DNA of 64,000 nucleotides, from positions 82,274,001-82,338,000 of the forward strand of contig NC_042999.1 in the NCBI RefSeq assembly GCF_006345805.1, written 5' to 3'. Each line of letters opens with the position of its first letter. The first letter of the stretch is position 1. The stretch is from Octopus sinensis (lineage: Eukaryota). Made by a program: the position numbers and the translations under genes. Below, piece after piece: positions 38,828-51,850 of the stretch. The notes beneath the pieces were generated by a model. That model had not been told where the DNA came from and ran no database searches. It was given only the letters and a program-made list of their open reading frames with translations.

Positions 38828-39131
38828 TATGCCCTTTCCAAGCCTAACCAGGCTCATGGGCCCGGTTTCCAGCTTTCTGTGGCGTAAGTTTTCCCCCCAG
38901 CTAGCCAGGACGCCAGTCCATCGCAGCGTTACTCAAGAAACAGGAAGAAAGAGTGAGAGAAAGTTGGGGCGAAGAGTACAACAGGGGGCGCCACCACCAC
39001 CTGTCGGAGACTCGTAGAGCTTTGGGTGTTTTCGCTCAATAAACACACACAAGACCCGGTCTGGGAATCGAAACTGCGATCCTCCGACCGCGAGTCCGTT
39101 GTCCTAACCAATGGGCCATTGCGCCTCCACC
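38828..39131 (-). mobile_element. tRNA-derived SINE family C (variant body)
   Basis: Head GTGGAGGCGCAATGGCCCATTGGTTAGG..AGTTTCGATTCCC; 3' half matches 62-160. Confidence 0.9.
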
Positions 39132-39926
39132 ATTGAACTAAATAAAGGAAAACATTTGCAAACTGAAATGCAGAGATATTTCTATTACGGATAACTCACA
39201 TGTTACAAGTAAAATGACTTGCTGCATTTCGGTTCTAGTACATGATCCTTTGTGGAGCACTCGAAACATCCATAGGTGTACTCTTTATAATTATTAGATG
39301 AGTTCGCGTAAAATTACCAGAGTGCGAAACTGCTGCGCTGCTAACGATAAGTATTACATTTGAGATGGTTTAATCCAGAGCTTCAAATGCTAATCTGTGA
39401 GGATGCTACTGAATGAATAACATTGACATCTTCCTCAACACAAAATTCCACGTAACATTTTCAGAAAGAGCACCCCAGTGGAATTTTCTAAATTTCTACA
39501 ATTTAAGATAATACTAAATTTGAAATTTGGCGAACTCAGAAGGTGGAAACTAATACACGTTACTACAGCAGTCTTTTCGGTATTCTACAAATCCCTGGAC
39601 TGCCACTAACAGCTATGTCCTCGTATGGCTTCGAAGCATTTCGGGACTTACCAAGTGAGAAAATTGCAGAAACAAACATATCTACCGATTACTAGCTATG
39701 ATGGGGATATTAATTACTTTGTTTTTTAAATGCTACGTATCTACTATTCAGAAAGCCAACAGAAGCGACATACCATCGTATGTGTGTGCGTGTGAGTGCG
39801 TGTTTGGTTGAATGTACGTGAGTTTGAACGAATATGCGTGTACGTGTGCGTGGTTGAATGTGTGTGTGTGTGTGTGTGGTGTGTGTGTGTGAGTGTGTGT
39901 GTGTCTGTGTGTGTGTGTCTGTGTGT

Positions 39927-39965
<39 letters not shown>

Positions 39966-40604
39966 ACTGTGCATCAGCTGTTGTGCGAAATCATTACAGG
40001 AAAAACAAACTGCGTTACCCTCAAAATATAACCGACATTTTTAACTGAACAAAAGACATAATTTCAAGATGTTGGTAAGATAAATGGTTTAATAGCATTG
40101 AAAGACGCATTAAGGGATGGTTTCCGTTTTGACTTCTATATTAAGCTTAGTGGCTATGTCAATGGCTTCCCCTTTACGCTGTTGTATATTTGAAGTCAGG
40201 CCTTAATCTAGTTACGCTAAGGCCATAGTTCACAGTGTAAACAAGGAAGATAGGGATATAGCGACTGAAATTAAGACTGGATACAAAGCACAAACCCTCT
40301 TTAACTGCAATGCTTATATATACAAGTATGTACTATGTACTTATTTATATATGGATATAATTATATTAGAAGGAGAGAAGGAAATAACACAGACAACTAA
40401 GAGTGGCAGAGGAATAGACAGAAAGGTTTTATTTATAAGTGAAAGGATGACTATCATGTGATGAGCTTATGAATTATGATCTACTCCCTCAATATATGCA
40501 AATGTGCACGTGGTTGAGCATACACACACACATACACACATATATACTTATATATTTATATATATATATAATATATATATATATATATAATATATATAAA
40601 TATT

Positions 40605-40666
<62 letters not shown>

Positions 40667-41408
40667 CACATATATATAGATATGAACAAATATATTATAT
40701 ATATGAATAGTTACACATGTATGTGTGTGTGTACACGAGCATCTTTCCATGAATTTATGTGCACATACAATAGATCAAATATTTACAACAGTATATATAT
40801 ATCAGTATATATCCATCCACACATATTTTATATACACGTTTAGTTTATTCATCAGACATAGTTGAACAAATAAATAGATATAAATACATACATATACAAG
40901 CAATCATTTCCCCATCTCCCATTACATACATATACACATATACACGTTCACATTCATAAATATATACACAAACATACACAACATAATGTTTCCGTTCTAC
41001 ACGCACACAAGCTCTCTGTTCTGGCTACTCATGTTTGGCAGGTACATATTTCAGTTTCATACACAATATAACTTATTTCGAAACATTGGCAGCAAACATT
41101 AATTGGGGTCTGACTTCCCTAAATTTCAGGTTATGACCTCAATATATATACAGTGCCAAATATATAAAGCTTTTCGTACAAGCTTCAGGCATTCTGTACG
41201 GGCCCTTTAATCGATTTCGGTAATGCAATTTTCACTTTTGTTCATATGTATAATATTTTCAGAGAGCGCATTTAAATTTTGCGTTCCTTGTCTGTATGCA
41301 TATATATATTTGTGAGTGTGTGTATGCATATATATATTTGTATATATGTATGCATGTATAAATATGTGCGCGTTATGTATGTGTGAATGTGGCTGAACAT
41401 ATATGTAT

Positions 41409-41502
<94 letters not shown>

Positions 41503-41613
41503 ATATACATATATATGATGGCTACAGAGACAGGTAAATATATACATCTAGATGTGGATACGTTCATACATAGCTACATATATATGCACACATACACACG
41601 CGCACACAGCACG

Positions 41614-41651
<38 letters not shown>

Positions 41652-42080
41652 ACATATATACTTAGTCGTATATTACTATTACTAAACAAAATACTGTTGC
41701 TTTGCCAGCATTTATGTGTGAGTATGTCAGTGTTTATGATGGATGTGTGGATGTGTGGATGTACCTGTCGGCCTCTTTTCCGTAAATTATTTCTGCTTAA
41801 CAAAAGTAAGACTTTCAGATTCTTTTCCTTGACATCCCATCTCACTCTTTCTTACACATTTCTGTTTATACAAACATAAATTACACACACATAAAGCTAT
41901 CAAGACGTAAAAGCTATCAAGACGTTAAATAGATATATTAATATATGAATGCATAAACATACACACACAATAACAACAACAGGCACACACATTCACACGC
42001 ACGCACGCATGCATATACACACATGCATACACACACGCATAAAACCACAGTAGAATTATATATTTACATCTGTATCAATA

Positions 42081-42126
<46 letters not shown>

Positions 42127-42129
<3 letters not shown>

Positions 42130-42537
42130 CGCAGGAGTGGCTGCGTGGTAAGTAGCTTGCTTACCAACCACATGGTTTCAGGTTCAGTCACACTCCGTGG
42201 CACCTTGGCCAAGTGTCTTCTCCTATAGCCTCGGGCCGATCAAAGCCTTATGAGTGGATCTGGTAGATGGAAAGTGAAAGAAGCCCGTCGTATATATTAT
42301 GTGTGTGTGTTTGTGTGTCTGTGTTTGTCCCCCCACCTTCAACAACGCTTGACATCCGATGCTGGTGTGTTTACATCCCCGTAACTTAGCGGTTCGGCAA
42401 AAAGAGACCGATAGAATAAGTACTAGGCTTACAAAGAATAAGTCCTGGAAATCGATTTGCTCGACTGAACAGTGGTGCTTCAGCATGGCCGCAGTCAAAT
42501 GACTGAAACAAGTAAAAGAATAATAGAATAAAAGAAT
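42127..42537 (+). mobile_element. SINE family B, full length
   Basis: GGCGCAGGAGTGGCTGCGTGGTAAG (A box), AGGTTCAGTC (B box), internal (TA)(TG) tract, LINE-like tail ending TAAAAGAA repeats. Confidence 0.93.
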
Positions 42538-43046
42538 ATATATATATACATACATATATATACATTCATAGATACATATATGGTCTCGTATCCCCATCCG
42601 ACCATTAATCGGATTTGTGGTTTAGCGCTTTAAATCCGAGAAGGAACCCCTTAGTCACTGACAGGCTGTCATCAAGGTAACAAAAGGGTCCTATCTATCT
42701 CAGCTTATTATTTTTTTAATGAGAGTGTTACATCTCTTAGATAGGCCTTTGACCAAGGTTACTTTGTTTTGTGCAACTCTTTTCTCGTTTTTAGATGGCC
42801 ATTGACTCTTTTCCTTTCATCTGTCCCTTGCTGGGCTTTGTCCTTGTTTCCGTGGGGTGTCCAAAATCAATATTTCACCCACCCACCACCAACCAAGCTT
42901 AGAGGGATCGCCGCTTTAGTCGCCGACGTCCCAACCATGTAACAGTTTCATTGCGTCACATGTTAAGTGTTCTCTTGTTTATTATTGTTTTATTGCTATC
43001 GTTACCACCACTTTACCTATTATTCTCCTTAGTATTATTGCTAGCT

Positions 43047-43375
43047 GTGAAGGCGCATGGTTCAGTGGTTAGAGCGTCGAGCTTACGATCGCGAGGTTGT
43101 GAGTTTGATTCCCGGACCGGGCTGCTTGTTATGTTCTTGAGCAAGACACTTATTTCACGTTGCTCTAGTTAACTCAGCTGTAGAAATAAGTTGCGACATC
43201 ACTGGTGCCAAGCTGTATTTGCCTTTCTTTTGGATAACATCAGTGGTGTGGAGGGGGAGGCTGCTATGCATGGGCGACTGCTGGCCTTCCATAAACAATC
43301 TTGCCCGGACTTGTACCTCGGAGGGTAACTTTCTAAGTGCAATCCTATGGTCATTCATGACAGAAGGGGTTCTCC
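43047..43375 (+). mobile_element. tRNA-derived SINE with family C head and a different 3' half
   Basis: GTGAAGGCGCATGGTTCAGTGGTTAGAGCG..GAGTTTGATTCCCGGACCGGG..TTCTTGAGCAAGACACTT. Confidence 0.88.
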
Positions 43376-44500
43376 CGTTATTGCTAGCACTGTTCTGTTT
43401 ACTACTATTAACTGGTATTATTGGTATCGTGAGGCGATAACACTTAGGTACAATTACGAATATGTGTGTGTGACACTGTGTATTTGCATTTACTATTAGG
43501 AATGTATGTATGTATGTATGTATGTATGTATGTATGTATGTGTGTATATAAGCATGCATACGTGTAGGTATATATGCATGTATGTGTCTGTATGTGAAGA
43601 GAATCCTTTCTCTCTCGCAGCTCGTGTTTCACATTTAGAAAACTTTTAATCGATCTTTTTTATATTTATTTATTTCCTTTTTCTTAATACTTCAAGCTGA
43701 GTAAATAATTGATGCGGTTGAAAAAGTATTAGACTAGAGTTGATAGGAAATATTGACAGTAAAGTCTGCGGTTTGAAGCAGTAAGTATAAGAATAAGTTC
43801 TGAAGCCATAAGAATGGACGTAGTCCAAATTGTCCGAAGATTACTCCGTTGGGGCTAAATCGCTGTTTCAAAGGAAGAAGGATCAAAAACCATTTGTTGA
43901 ATACGTATCATAGTGACGAAATAGGATGATAAAGCCACTTGTACTGTGACTAAAAAATTTGAATTGATGTGTTGCATACGATTCTAAGGAGAGTCGTACG
44001 ATTTTTCACCGATTATTTTCCGCAAGACATGAGATTTAATACAGATTGTATTCCTCTGATTTGCAGTCATAAGACAATGTTCTATTTTTCATTGGGCTTT
44101 ATGCATCCGAAATTTTTGTCGGACACTTGCTTCGTTCTGTCAGGCTTTGCCATGAAGTCTAAACGTAAATTGCTTAATTCAGGAAATCAAGTCTTTTGCG
44201 TAGAAACTAAAAGAATATTTTTGCAGGGACCATTACTTTAAAAGAAAGCTATCATTCAACAGAAAATACTATCGGTTAGAAGAGGAGATTTGTGTTTTAA
44301 TTTGTTCGTTACATAGCTTTTATGCTCCAACAAAATCGATGAAATTTAGCATGTAGGTATGCGCAGGTAGTTGGAAGGTTTCTCAGCCTAATAATAAATT
44401 TATATCATATATGACATGCCTTTACTGAATTGTACAAAACTCACTCTCACATATATACATACATATATACATACATATATACATATATATACATATATAT

Positions 44501-44556
<56 letters not shown>

Positions 44557-44558
<2 letters not shown>

Positions 44559-44994
44559 GCGCAGGCGTGTCTGTGTGGTGAGAAACTTACTTCCCAATCA
44601 CATGGTTCCAGGTTCAATCCCACTGCGTAGCACTTTGGGCAACTGTCTTCTATTAAGGCCTCGGGCCGACCAAAACCCTTGTGAGTGGATTTGGTAGGCG
44701 GAAACTGAAAGAATCCCGTCGTATATATATATGTGTATGTGTGTGTGTATGAATTATGTATCTATTATGTATGTATTTGTGTGTCTGTGTCTGTCCCCAC
44801 CACCATCGCTTGACGAGTGATGTTGGTGTATTTACGTCCCTGTAACTTAGCAGTTCGGTAAAAAAGACCGATAGAATAAGTACTACGCTTACAAAAAATA
44901 AGTCCTGGGGTTCATTTCTTCGACTAAAGACAGTGCTCCAACATGGCCGCAGTCAAATGATTGAAACAAGTAAAAGAATAAAAGAAATAAAAGA

Positions 44995-44995
<1 letters not shown>
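44557..44995 (+). mobile_element. SINE family B, full length
   Basis: Colinear with 42127-42537. Confidence 0.93.
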
Positions 44996-45032
<37 letters not shown>

Positions 45033-45483
45033 TCAGTGATTTTATATATACATATATATGTGTGTGTGTGTGTGTAAGTGTGTGTGTGTACGTGTGTGTG
45101 TATGTATAATTTCATAGTGACTAAATTATCGAACAGTTTTCGGAAATTCGAAAAGTATATGTCTACTTATTGTATTTTAATTTGAAATGTTTAGCTGTCT
45201 AACCAGTATAGTCACAAAAAATAAATAAATAACAGAATTTTTGCTCACCAAATGTATTTGTTACCTTTCAGCAGCAAATATTACTGCATGGCTATTCTTA
45301 ATTTTGAGTGAAATTTAAAGTGGAATGAAGGTGGGTGTTTGTGTGAGGGTGCATGTATGTATGTATGTATCTATATATATATGTGTGTGTGTATGTATGC
45401 ATGAATGTATGTATGTACGTACGAATGTATGTATGTACAGATTTGTACGTTTTACGTATGTATTCTTATGCATATAGTTGCAC

Positions 45484-45647
45484 ATCTACACATGCTCATT
45501 ATATTTAAATGATAAACTTCTGAAAATGTTTACAGAGTTATACAGTTCCAATGATGGACTGGTTCTCTAGTCTTCGAATTAGCTTTCTCCTTTCTGGTTT
45601 TGAGAAGCCTAATTTCTCAAGATACACACATACATATATATACAAAT

Positions 45648-45682
<35 letters not shown>

Positions 45683-45850
45683 CATATCTTGCAACATAAG
45701 ACAACCTCACTCATGTAATCCAACAAGTGTGATGATACCCCAGTTTTTGTCCAGTTAGCGCTATTTCTGATAGCATTGCCCTTTCTAGGGCTCGTATCTC
45801 CTGATCCACAACCTCTTTAAAGCAACATCTGCTGCCTCCACACTCTGTCT
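45484..45850 (-). mobile_element. Two short RLE-LINE 3' fragments (45484-45623 and 45685-45850) separated by a CA tract
   Basis: YLEKLGFSKPERRKLIRRLENQSIIGTV and VEAADVALKRLWIRR resemble the C-termini of RLE-type ORFs. Confidence 0.5.
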
Positions 45851-46991
45851 ATCCTACCTAGCTGGAATAACATTTATTTGCCAGCCATACTCCATTTGTG
45901 TGTTAAGGCTACAATTGGTTTTGTGTTAATAAAACACGTTAACAATTCTTCAAGCCGATCACATGGAGAAATTGGGATTCATCTTCATTTTGGATAAAAG
46001 TACAGAAAAACACAGGAATTCACGATAAAGTCTTGCGAGTATTTTTATTAACAAAAACAAGAAATCAAGAGGGAAGACTCTAGGGTAACAACTTTTGGGC
46101 GATTATCTCCTTTGAGTGATATGTATATATATATATATATATGTGTATGTGTGTGTGTATATATATATATAGGGGTTGTGTACATATAGCAGTTTGTGTC
46201 TGGAACGTTTCGTTATGTTTGAATGTTTTTTGACCTTCATCGATTCAAAGCAGGCGTTGATTTGATTCGTCCCCGTAAGCTTGGCAACAAGAGTTGGCAT
46301 AGTAAACACGAACGCAAAAAAGAGGAGTTGATTCCTATTTGGCTGCCTGAACTTTTCAAGATATCATGCCATAATGAACACATTGCAATGCCAGAAACGT
46401 GCTGAGAAATGAATATGTAAAAAGTTATACACCCAGGTATGTATATGTCTGTGTAAGTGTATATTTATATAATATATGAATTCTATTAATAAAATATTTA
46501 ATGCATATATACCACTTTATGCTTTATAAAACATACACGCATTTCGGCATATTACTACCTGAATTACATAATTGCTTACTAGAACAATTATAATTTTATA
46601 AAATTTTATTTTATCTCTTCAGTATCTAGCGAAAATGCAACTGGTCATAAATGTTCAATATTTATCCATGTTATGGAAATTATGAACGTCATCATCTGCG
46701 TGCATATATGTGTGTGAGTATGTATGTTTGTGTATGTGTGTGTTTATGTGTGTGCGTTTGCCTTGTTTGAGTGGAAATTGAAATTTTGTTTCTTTTGAGT
46801 TATTCAAGCGATTTTGATACACTTCACAACATGCGAAACTTGATTTTATCGTTCACACAAATGGAAGAGCACCACACCTATATTGAGTCCTTTCTTTAGA
46901 AAATTCTTTTTGTTTTTTTGACTTAACACCAGTAAAACACACAAGCACACATATTAATACACACACGCACACACATATATATATATATATA

Positions 46992-47390
46992 CTAGCAGTA
47001 TCGCCCGGCGTTGTTCGGGTTTGTAAGGGAAATAACTATATAAGCATTTTTAGAAATGTAAAGTATAATAGCCATCTCAATATGGCTAACCACAAATGGG
47101 GGTGTTGCTGTAGCTTTTTACATTCTGAGATTTAATAATACATCTTTAGAGAGTTACTTCCCTTATATAATAGCAACGATGGTAAATATATATTATATTA
47201 TATAATGATGGTAATTATTTTTTTTAAATCGTAGACTCATCGTAGACGCGCGCTAATACCCAGAAGGGCTCGATATGAATCACGACTATAAGATACCCGC
47301 TTTTGGTTACACTGCACCGCAAAATGTGGGCGTAGTTAGGAATCTAAATCGTAGGAGACAGACACACAATTTCACTTGTATATATAAAGA
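46992..47390 (-). mobile_element. Non-autonomous Helitron, ~400 bp
   Basis: Minus strand starts TCTTTATATATA, ends with hairpin CCCGAACAACGCCGGG then CGATACTG-CTAG; inserted between A and T with no TSD. Confidence 0.88.
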
Positions 47391-47397
47391 TATACAA

Positions 47398-47488
<91 letters not shown>

Positions 47489-47795
47489 CACACACGCATA
47501 TACTTCTGGCTATTACAGGCTCCTCTATGCGAACACCAAATATCTTCATAATTGTGAAAGAGGAATGGGTTATGTTGCTGTTGTTTTTGCTCCTGTTTTT
47601 GTTATTGGCGGTGGTTGCAATGAATATGTTATTGGTGCTTATGATGTTGCCCTACTAATGCTGGTCGTAGTTCTGGTGCACCAGACATTTGTCTCCTTTA
47701 ATAGCAATATATGTGTGTGTGTGTGCGTGTGTGTGTGTGCGTGTGTGTGTGCGTGTGTGTGTATGCGTGTGTGCGTGCTTATATATATTAAGTAA

Positions 47796-47796
<1 letters not shown>

Positions 47797-47853
<57 letters not shown>

Positions 47854-48034
47854 TATTATTATTATTATTATTATCATTATTACTATTATTATTATTATTA
47901 ATATCATTATAACTATTATCATTATCATTATTTTTATCATTCTTATTATTATCATTATTCTATTATTGTTGTTATTATTATTATTATTATTATTTTTATT
48001 TTTATTATTATTATTACTATTATTATTATTATTA

Positions 48035-48085
<51 letters not shown>

Positions 48086-48252
48086 CATTATTATTATTAT
48101 TATTATTATCATTATTACTATTATTATTATTATTAATATCATTATAACTATTATCATTATCATTATTTTTATCATTCTTATTATTATCATTATTCTATTA
48201 TTGTTGTTATTATTATTATTATTATTATTTTTATTTTTATTATTATTATTAC

Positions 48253-48331
<79 letters not shown>

Positions 48332-48470
48332 GTGATTATTACCATTTTTACCATTTTTATTATTAATATTATTATCATTGCTTCTATTATTAGTCGTAGT
48401 AATATTACTAGTATCATCACCATCATCATCATCATCATCATTATTATTATCATTATCATTATCAACATCA
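47797..48470. repeat. ~670 bp degenerate (ATT/ATC)n array with a ~235 bp higher-order duplication
   Basis: Variant string AATATCATTATAACTATTATC..TTCTATTATTGTTGTT recurs at ~47900 and ~48135. Confidence 0.92.
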
Positions 48471-48831
48471 TCAACGTGGCAGATATTCGTGTTTCGTTAC
48501 TGCATCTTACAGACTTCTGTTTCTCCTCTGGTCACAAATGTGGCGTCTACTTGCTAATGATATTTCGATCAAAGGATTTCAATAGGTTGATTTCAGATAC
48601 TGATATAAGTAAAGAGATCTTTAATGATATCTTCCTCGGGCTGAATTCCCCTGAGTTTTACCTCTGTTTCTTTATATATGTTTTCCTTGCGAATGCATCA
48701 TTGACCCTTCTGTTAGCCTTCTGTCTTGATATACCAAAAAGAAACGCATTATAGTTGTGATTATATCCATACACTATGGACTTAATCATATCTATTTGTA
48801 CTCAGGTATGTGTACGTATCTTTTCATCTAC

Positions 48832-48864
<33 letters not shown>

Positions 48865-48886
48865 TGTATGTATGTATATGCGTGTG

Positions 48887-48919
<33 letters not shown>

Positions 48920-48964
48920 ATATGTATGTAAGTGTGCGGGTGCGCGTGTGTGCATACATGTATT

Positions 48965-49120
48965 TAATTCTGTTACTTCTTTCAGTCGTTTTACTGTGGA
49001 CATGCTGGAGCACAGCATCTAGTCAAACAAATCGACCCCAGGACTTTATAAGACTAGTATTTTTTCTACCGGTCTCTTTTGCCGAACCGCTAAGTTACAT
49101 TTACACACACCATCGGTTGA
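48965..49120 (-). mobile_element. SINE family B 3' half, truncated at the Penelope boundary
   Basis: CATGCTGGAGCAC..ATCGACCCCAGGAC..TTTTGCCGAACCGCTAAGTTAC. Confidence 0.85.
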
Positions 49121-49236
49121 GTTCTATATTTGAGAGATGAAGAATCCTCATCTTGTTTGTTGTTAATACAACGTTTCGGCTGATATACTCTCCAGCCTTC
49201 ATGAGGTGTCCTGGGCAAATTTTTCCGATGTTGTTG

Positions 49237-49317
<81 letters not shown>

Positions 49318-49545
49318 TTTAGGTCACTGCTGAGAATCGAATTCGGGATCTTGGTGTTAGTAGCTCGCGCTCTTCACCACTATGCCATACGCCCGTGAGC
49401 AATTATGGAGTGAATTTTAGGGCTCATAAATTTAATATCTTTATATCCTTCCTTAATACCGGTTCCTATATGCTACTCATATCTGCACAAGGTCTGCCTG
49501 TGGGGGTTATTATGACGTAGCATATGTGCTGCTTCTTTATAATCA
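49121..49545 (-). mobile_element. Inverted pLTR of the Penelope element: endonuclease C-terminus + tRNA-like head (49394-49322) + microsatellite + hammerhead (49210-49164)
   Basis: Minus translation KEAAHMLRHNN..RPCADMSSI*EPVLRK; GGGCGTATGGCATAGTGG..GAATTCGATTC; GACAC-CTCATGA-A-GGCTG..CAGCC-GAAA-CG-TT-GTATT. Confidence 0.85.
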
Positions 49546-50435
49546 GTCAATTAGGAGGAAAGTCAACATCGTACGTGAAGAATTCCATCCACTTCACAGA
49601 ATTGATCAAGGATACCCACATTGGATCCAACCAGAAGGTGAGTCTAGATGTGATAAGTCTGTTCACCAAAGTCCCAACTGATGAAGCACTATCGGTAATT
49701 CAAGAAAAATTGGTGACGGATACCTGTCTAAAATGACACACCAGGAAACTAGATGGAAATGCTGACCTTCTGTGTAGAAACTACCCACTTCAGAATGGTT
49801 ATATATCGACAAGAAAAGGGTTTAGCTATGTGTTCGCCATTATCACCGATAATAGCCAATATATACATGGAATACTTTGAGAATTTAGTTTTAGGATCAA
49901 CACCACTAAAACCAACCCTCTGGGAGCGATATGTTGATGACACCATTATACTCTCGCCCCACCAGGAAGCTGTCCAAGTACTCAATAAAGTCATCCATGC
50001 AGCTCACAATGGAAAAAGAAAAAGACAATCATATGGAATTCCTGGACGTATTAATATCACGCAACCAAGTATGAATCCATGACATCCGTATACCGCAAGC
50101 AAAACTTCACTGAACGATAGCTAAACTTCAGTCTCCACCATCCATACAGTATAAAGAGAGGGATTGCTCTGTACCCAAAACATCCAGCAAAGAATTTAGG
50201 TAGCGATCCTGATACAAACCACGAAAAAATGATCAAGCTGAGTTACAATCTATTAAGCAACAACAACCCCAAAAACATGCTATCCACTACAATTAGGAAG
50301 AAAAGGGAGGATGAAACCTAAACTGACCCCAGTGTGCCTACCCTATGTGAAAGGCCTCTCAAAAAAGATAGAAAAGCTATGCAGCCCATATGACATCAGG
50401 ACAGTTTTCAAGAGTAAGACAAACTTCTCAAATAT
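49546..50435 (+). mobile_element. Penelope/Poseidon-type reverse transcriptase, decayed, truncated at both ends
   Basis: SYVKNSIHF, VSLDVISLFTKVP, YRQEKGLAMCSPLSPIIANIYMEYFE, WERYVDD, VCLPYVKGLS..DIRTVFKS. Confidence 0.93.
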
Positions 50436-50828
50436 CTCTAAAAAAATAGCACTCTTGGGGACGATTTGTTCGAGTACAACCGTTGAATTGCGTACACCAC
50501 TAGTGAGTACATCAAGTAAAAACTATAGTGTGTGTACATACGTAGATACATACATAAGTAGTAGTAGTAGTAGTAGTAGTAGTAACTGCTGTCGTTGGTG
50601 GTGGTGCTGGTAGTGGAGGTGATGGTCGTTATGGTGATGGTGGTGGTAGTGGCGGTGGCGGCGGCGGTGACAGCGGTCAAGGAGGTGACCGTGGTGGCTG
50701 TCTTATTGGCAGCATTGGTGGGTTTGATTTTTCGACAAGATAAATTAGTCTAGAATCGAAACAGATATTTGACTCCATTATGAATTGCATTTCAATCTTC
50801 ACACACACACACGCGCATACATACGCAC

Positions 50829-50882
<54 letters not shown>

Positions 50883-51456
50883 GGGACTTAATTCTAGCCT
50901 GCAGAACTCACTGGTCTGAAGCAACAATAATGTTATCAATGTTTACTTTATTGATTAGATGCTATGAGACCTCAATGAAGACAAAGATGATGAAATAGAA
51001 ATGAAGAACTGGTGATGATAAATGAGAAATTATTTCTAGCTTTCGGTTAAAATAATTTTGTAGTTATAACTTCAAATATATTTCAGAACTAGTCTATAAT
51101 ACAATTCCGTGTATAGAATTTGGTATTTTCATTTTATATTTATGTAATTTGTTGTACAAATGTCTTCATTCTAAATTATGTTTCCAGTGAACATTTGATC
51201 GGCTCGTTGACCCACTTCTCCAGCTCGAACTGTCAATACGAAGCGTATTGTTTATAAAAGCATGACATGGAATCAAACTGGTAAATGACGAAGAACAAGA
51301 GGCATCTGGCATTTTACTTCATATGTTGTTTACAAAGTCTACAGCGTAGTATAGTGCGAGTTAATGAGAGATCCTTGAAATCACTCGGCCTATTAAAAAA
51401 TAGCAACTAAGTCTCCCTCAAATCAGGCTCACCAACATTGCAAACATTCTTTTCAT

Positions 51457-51850
51457 TTATTTTATTTGTTTCAGTCATTTGACTGCGGCCATGCTAGAGC
51501 ACCACCTTTAGTCGAGCAAATTGGCTCCAGGACTTATTCTTTGTAAGCCTAGTACTTATTCTATCGGTCCCTTTGCCGAACCACTAAGTGACGGCGGCGT
51601 AAACACACTAGCGTCGGTTGTCAAGCGATGTTGGAGGGGGACAAACACAGATACACAAACATATACATATACACACACACACAGACACATATATATATAT
51701 ACATATATACGACAGGCTTTTTACAGTTTCCGTCTACCAAATCTACTCAGAAGGCTTTGGTCGACCCGAGGCTATTGTAGAAGACACTTGCCCAAGATGC
51801 CACGCAGTGGGACTGAACCCGGAACCATGTGGTTGGTAATCAAGCTACTT
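51457..51850 (-). mobile_element. SINE family B whose head is split by a 2 kb insertion; remainder at 53899-53931
   Basis: Colinear with 42127-42537 up to AAGCTACTT; the missing ACCACACAGCCACTCCT is found at 53915-53931. Confidence 0.92.
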
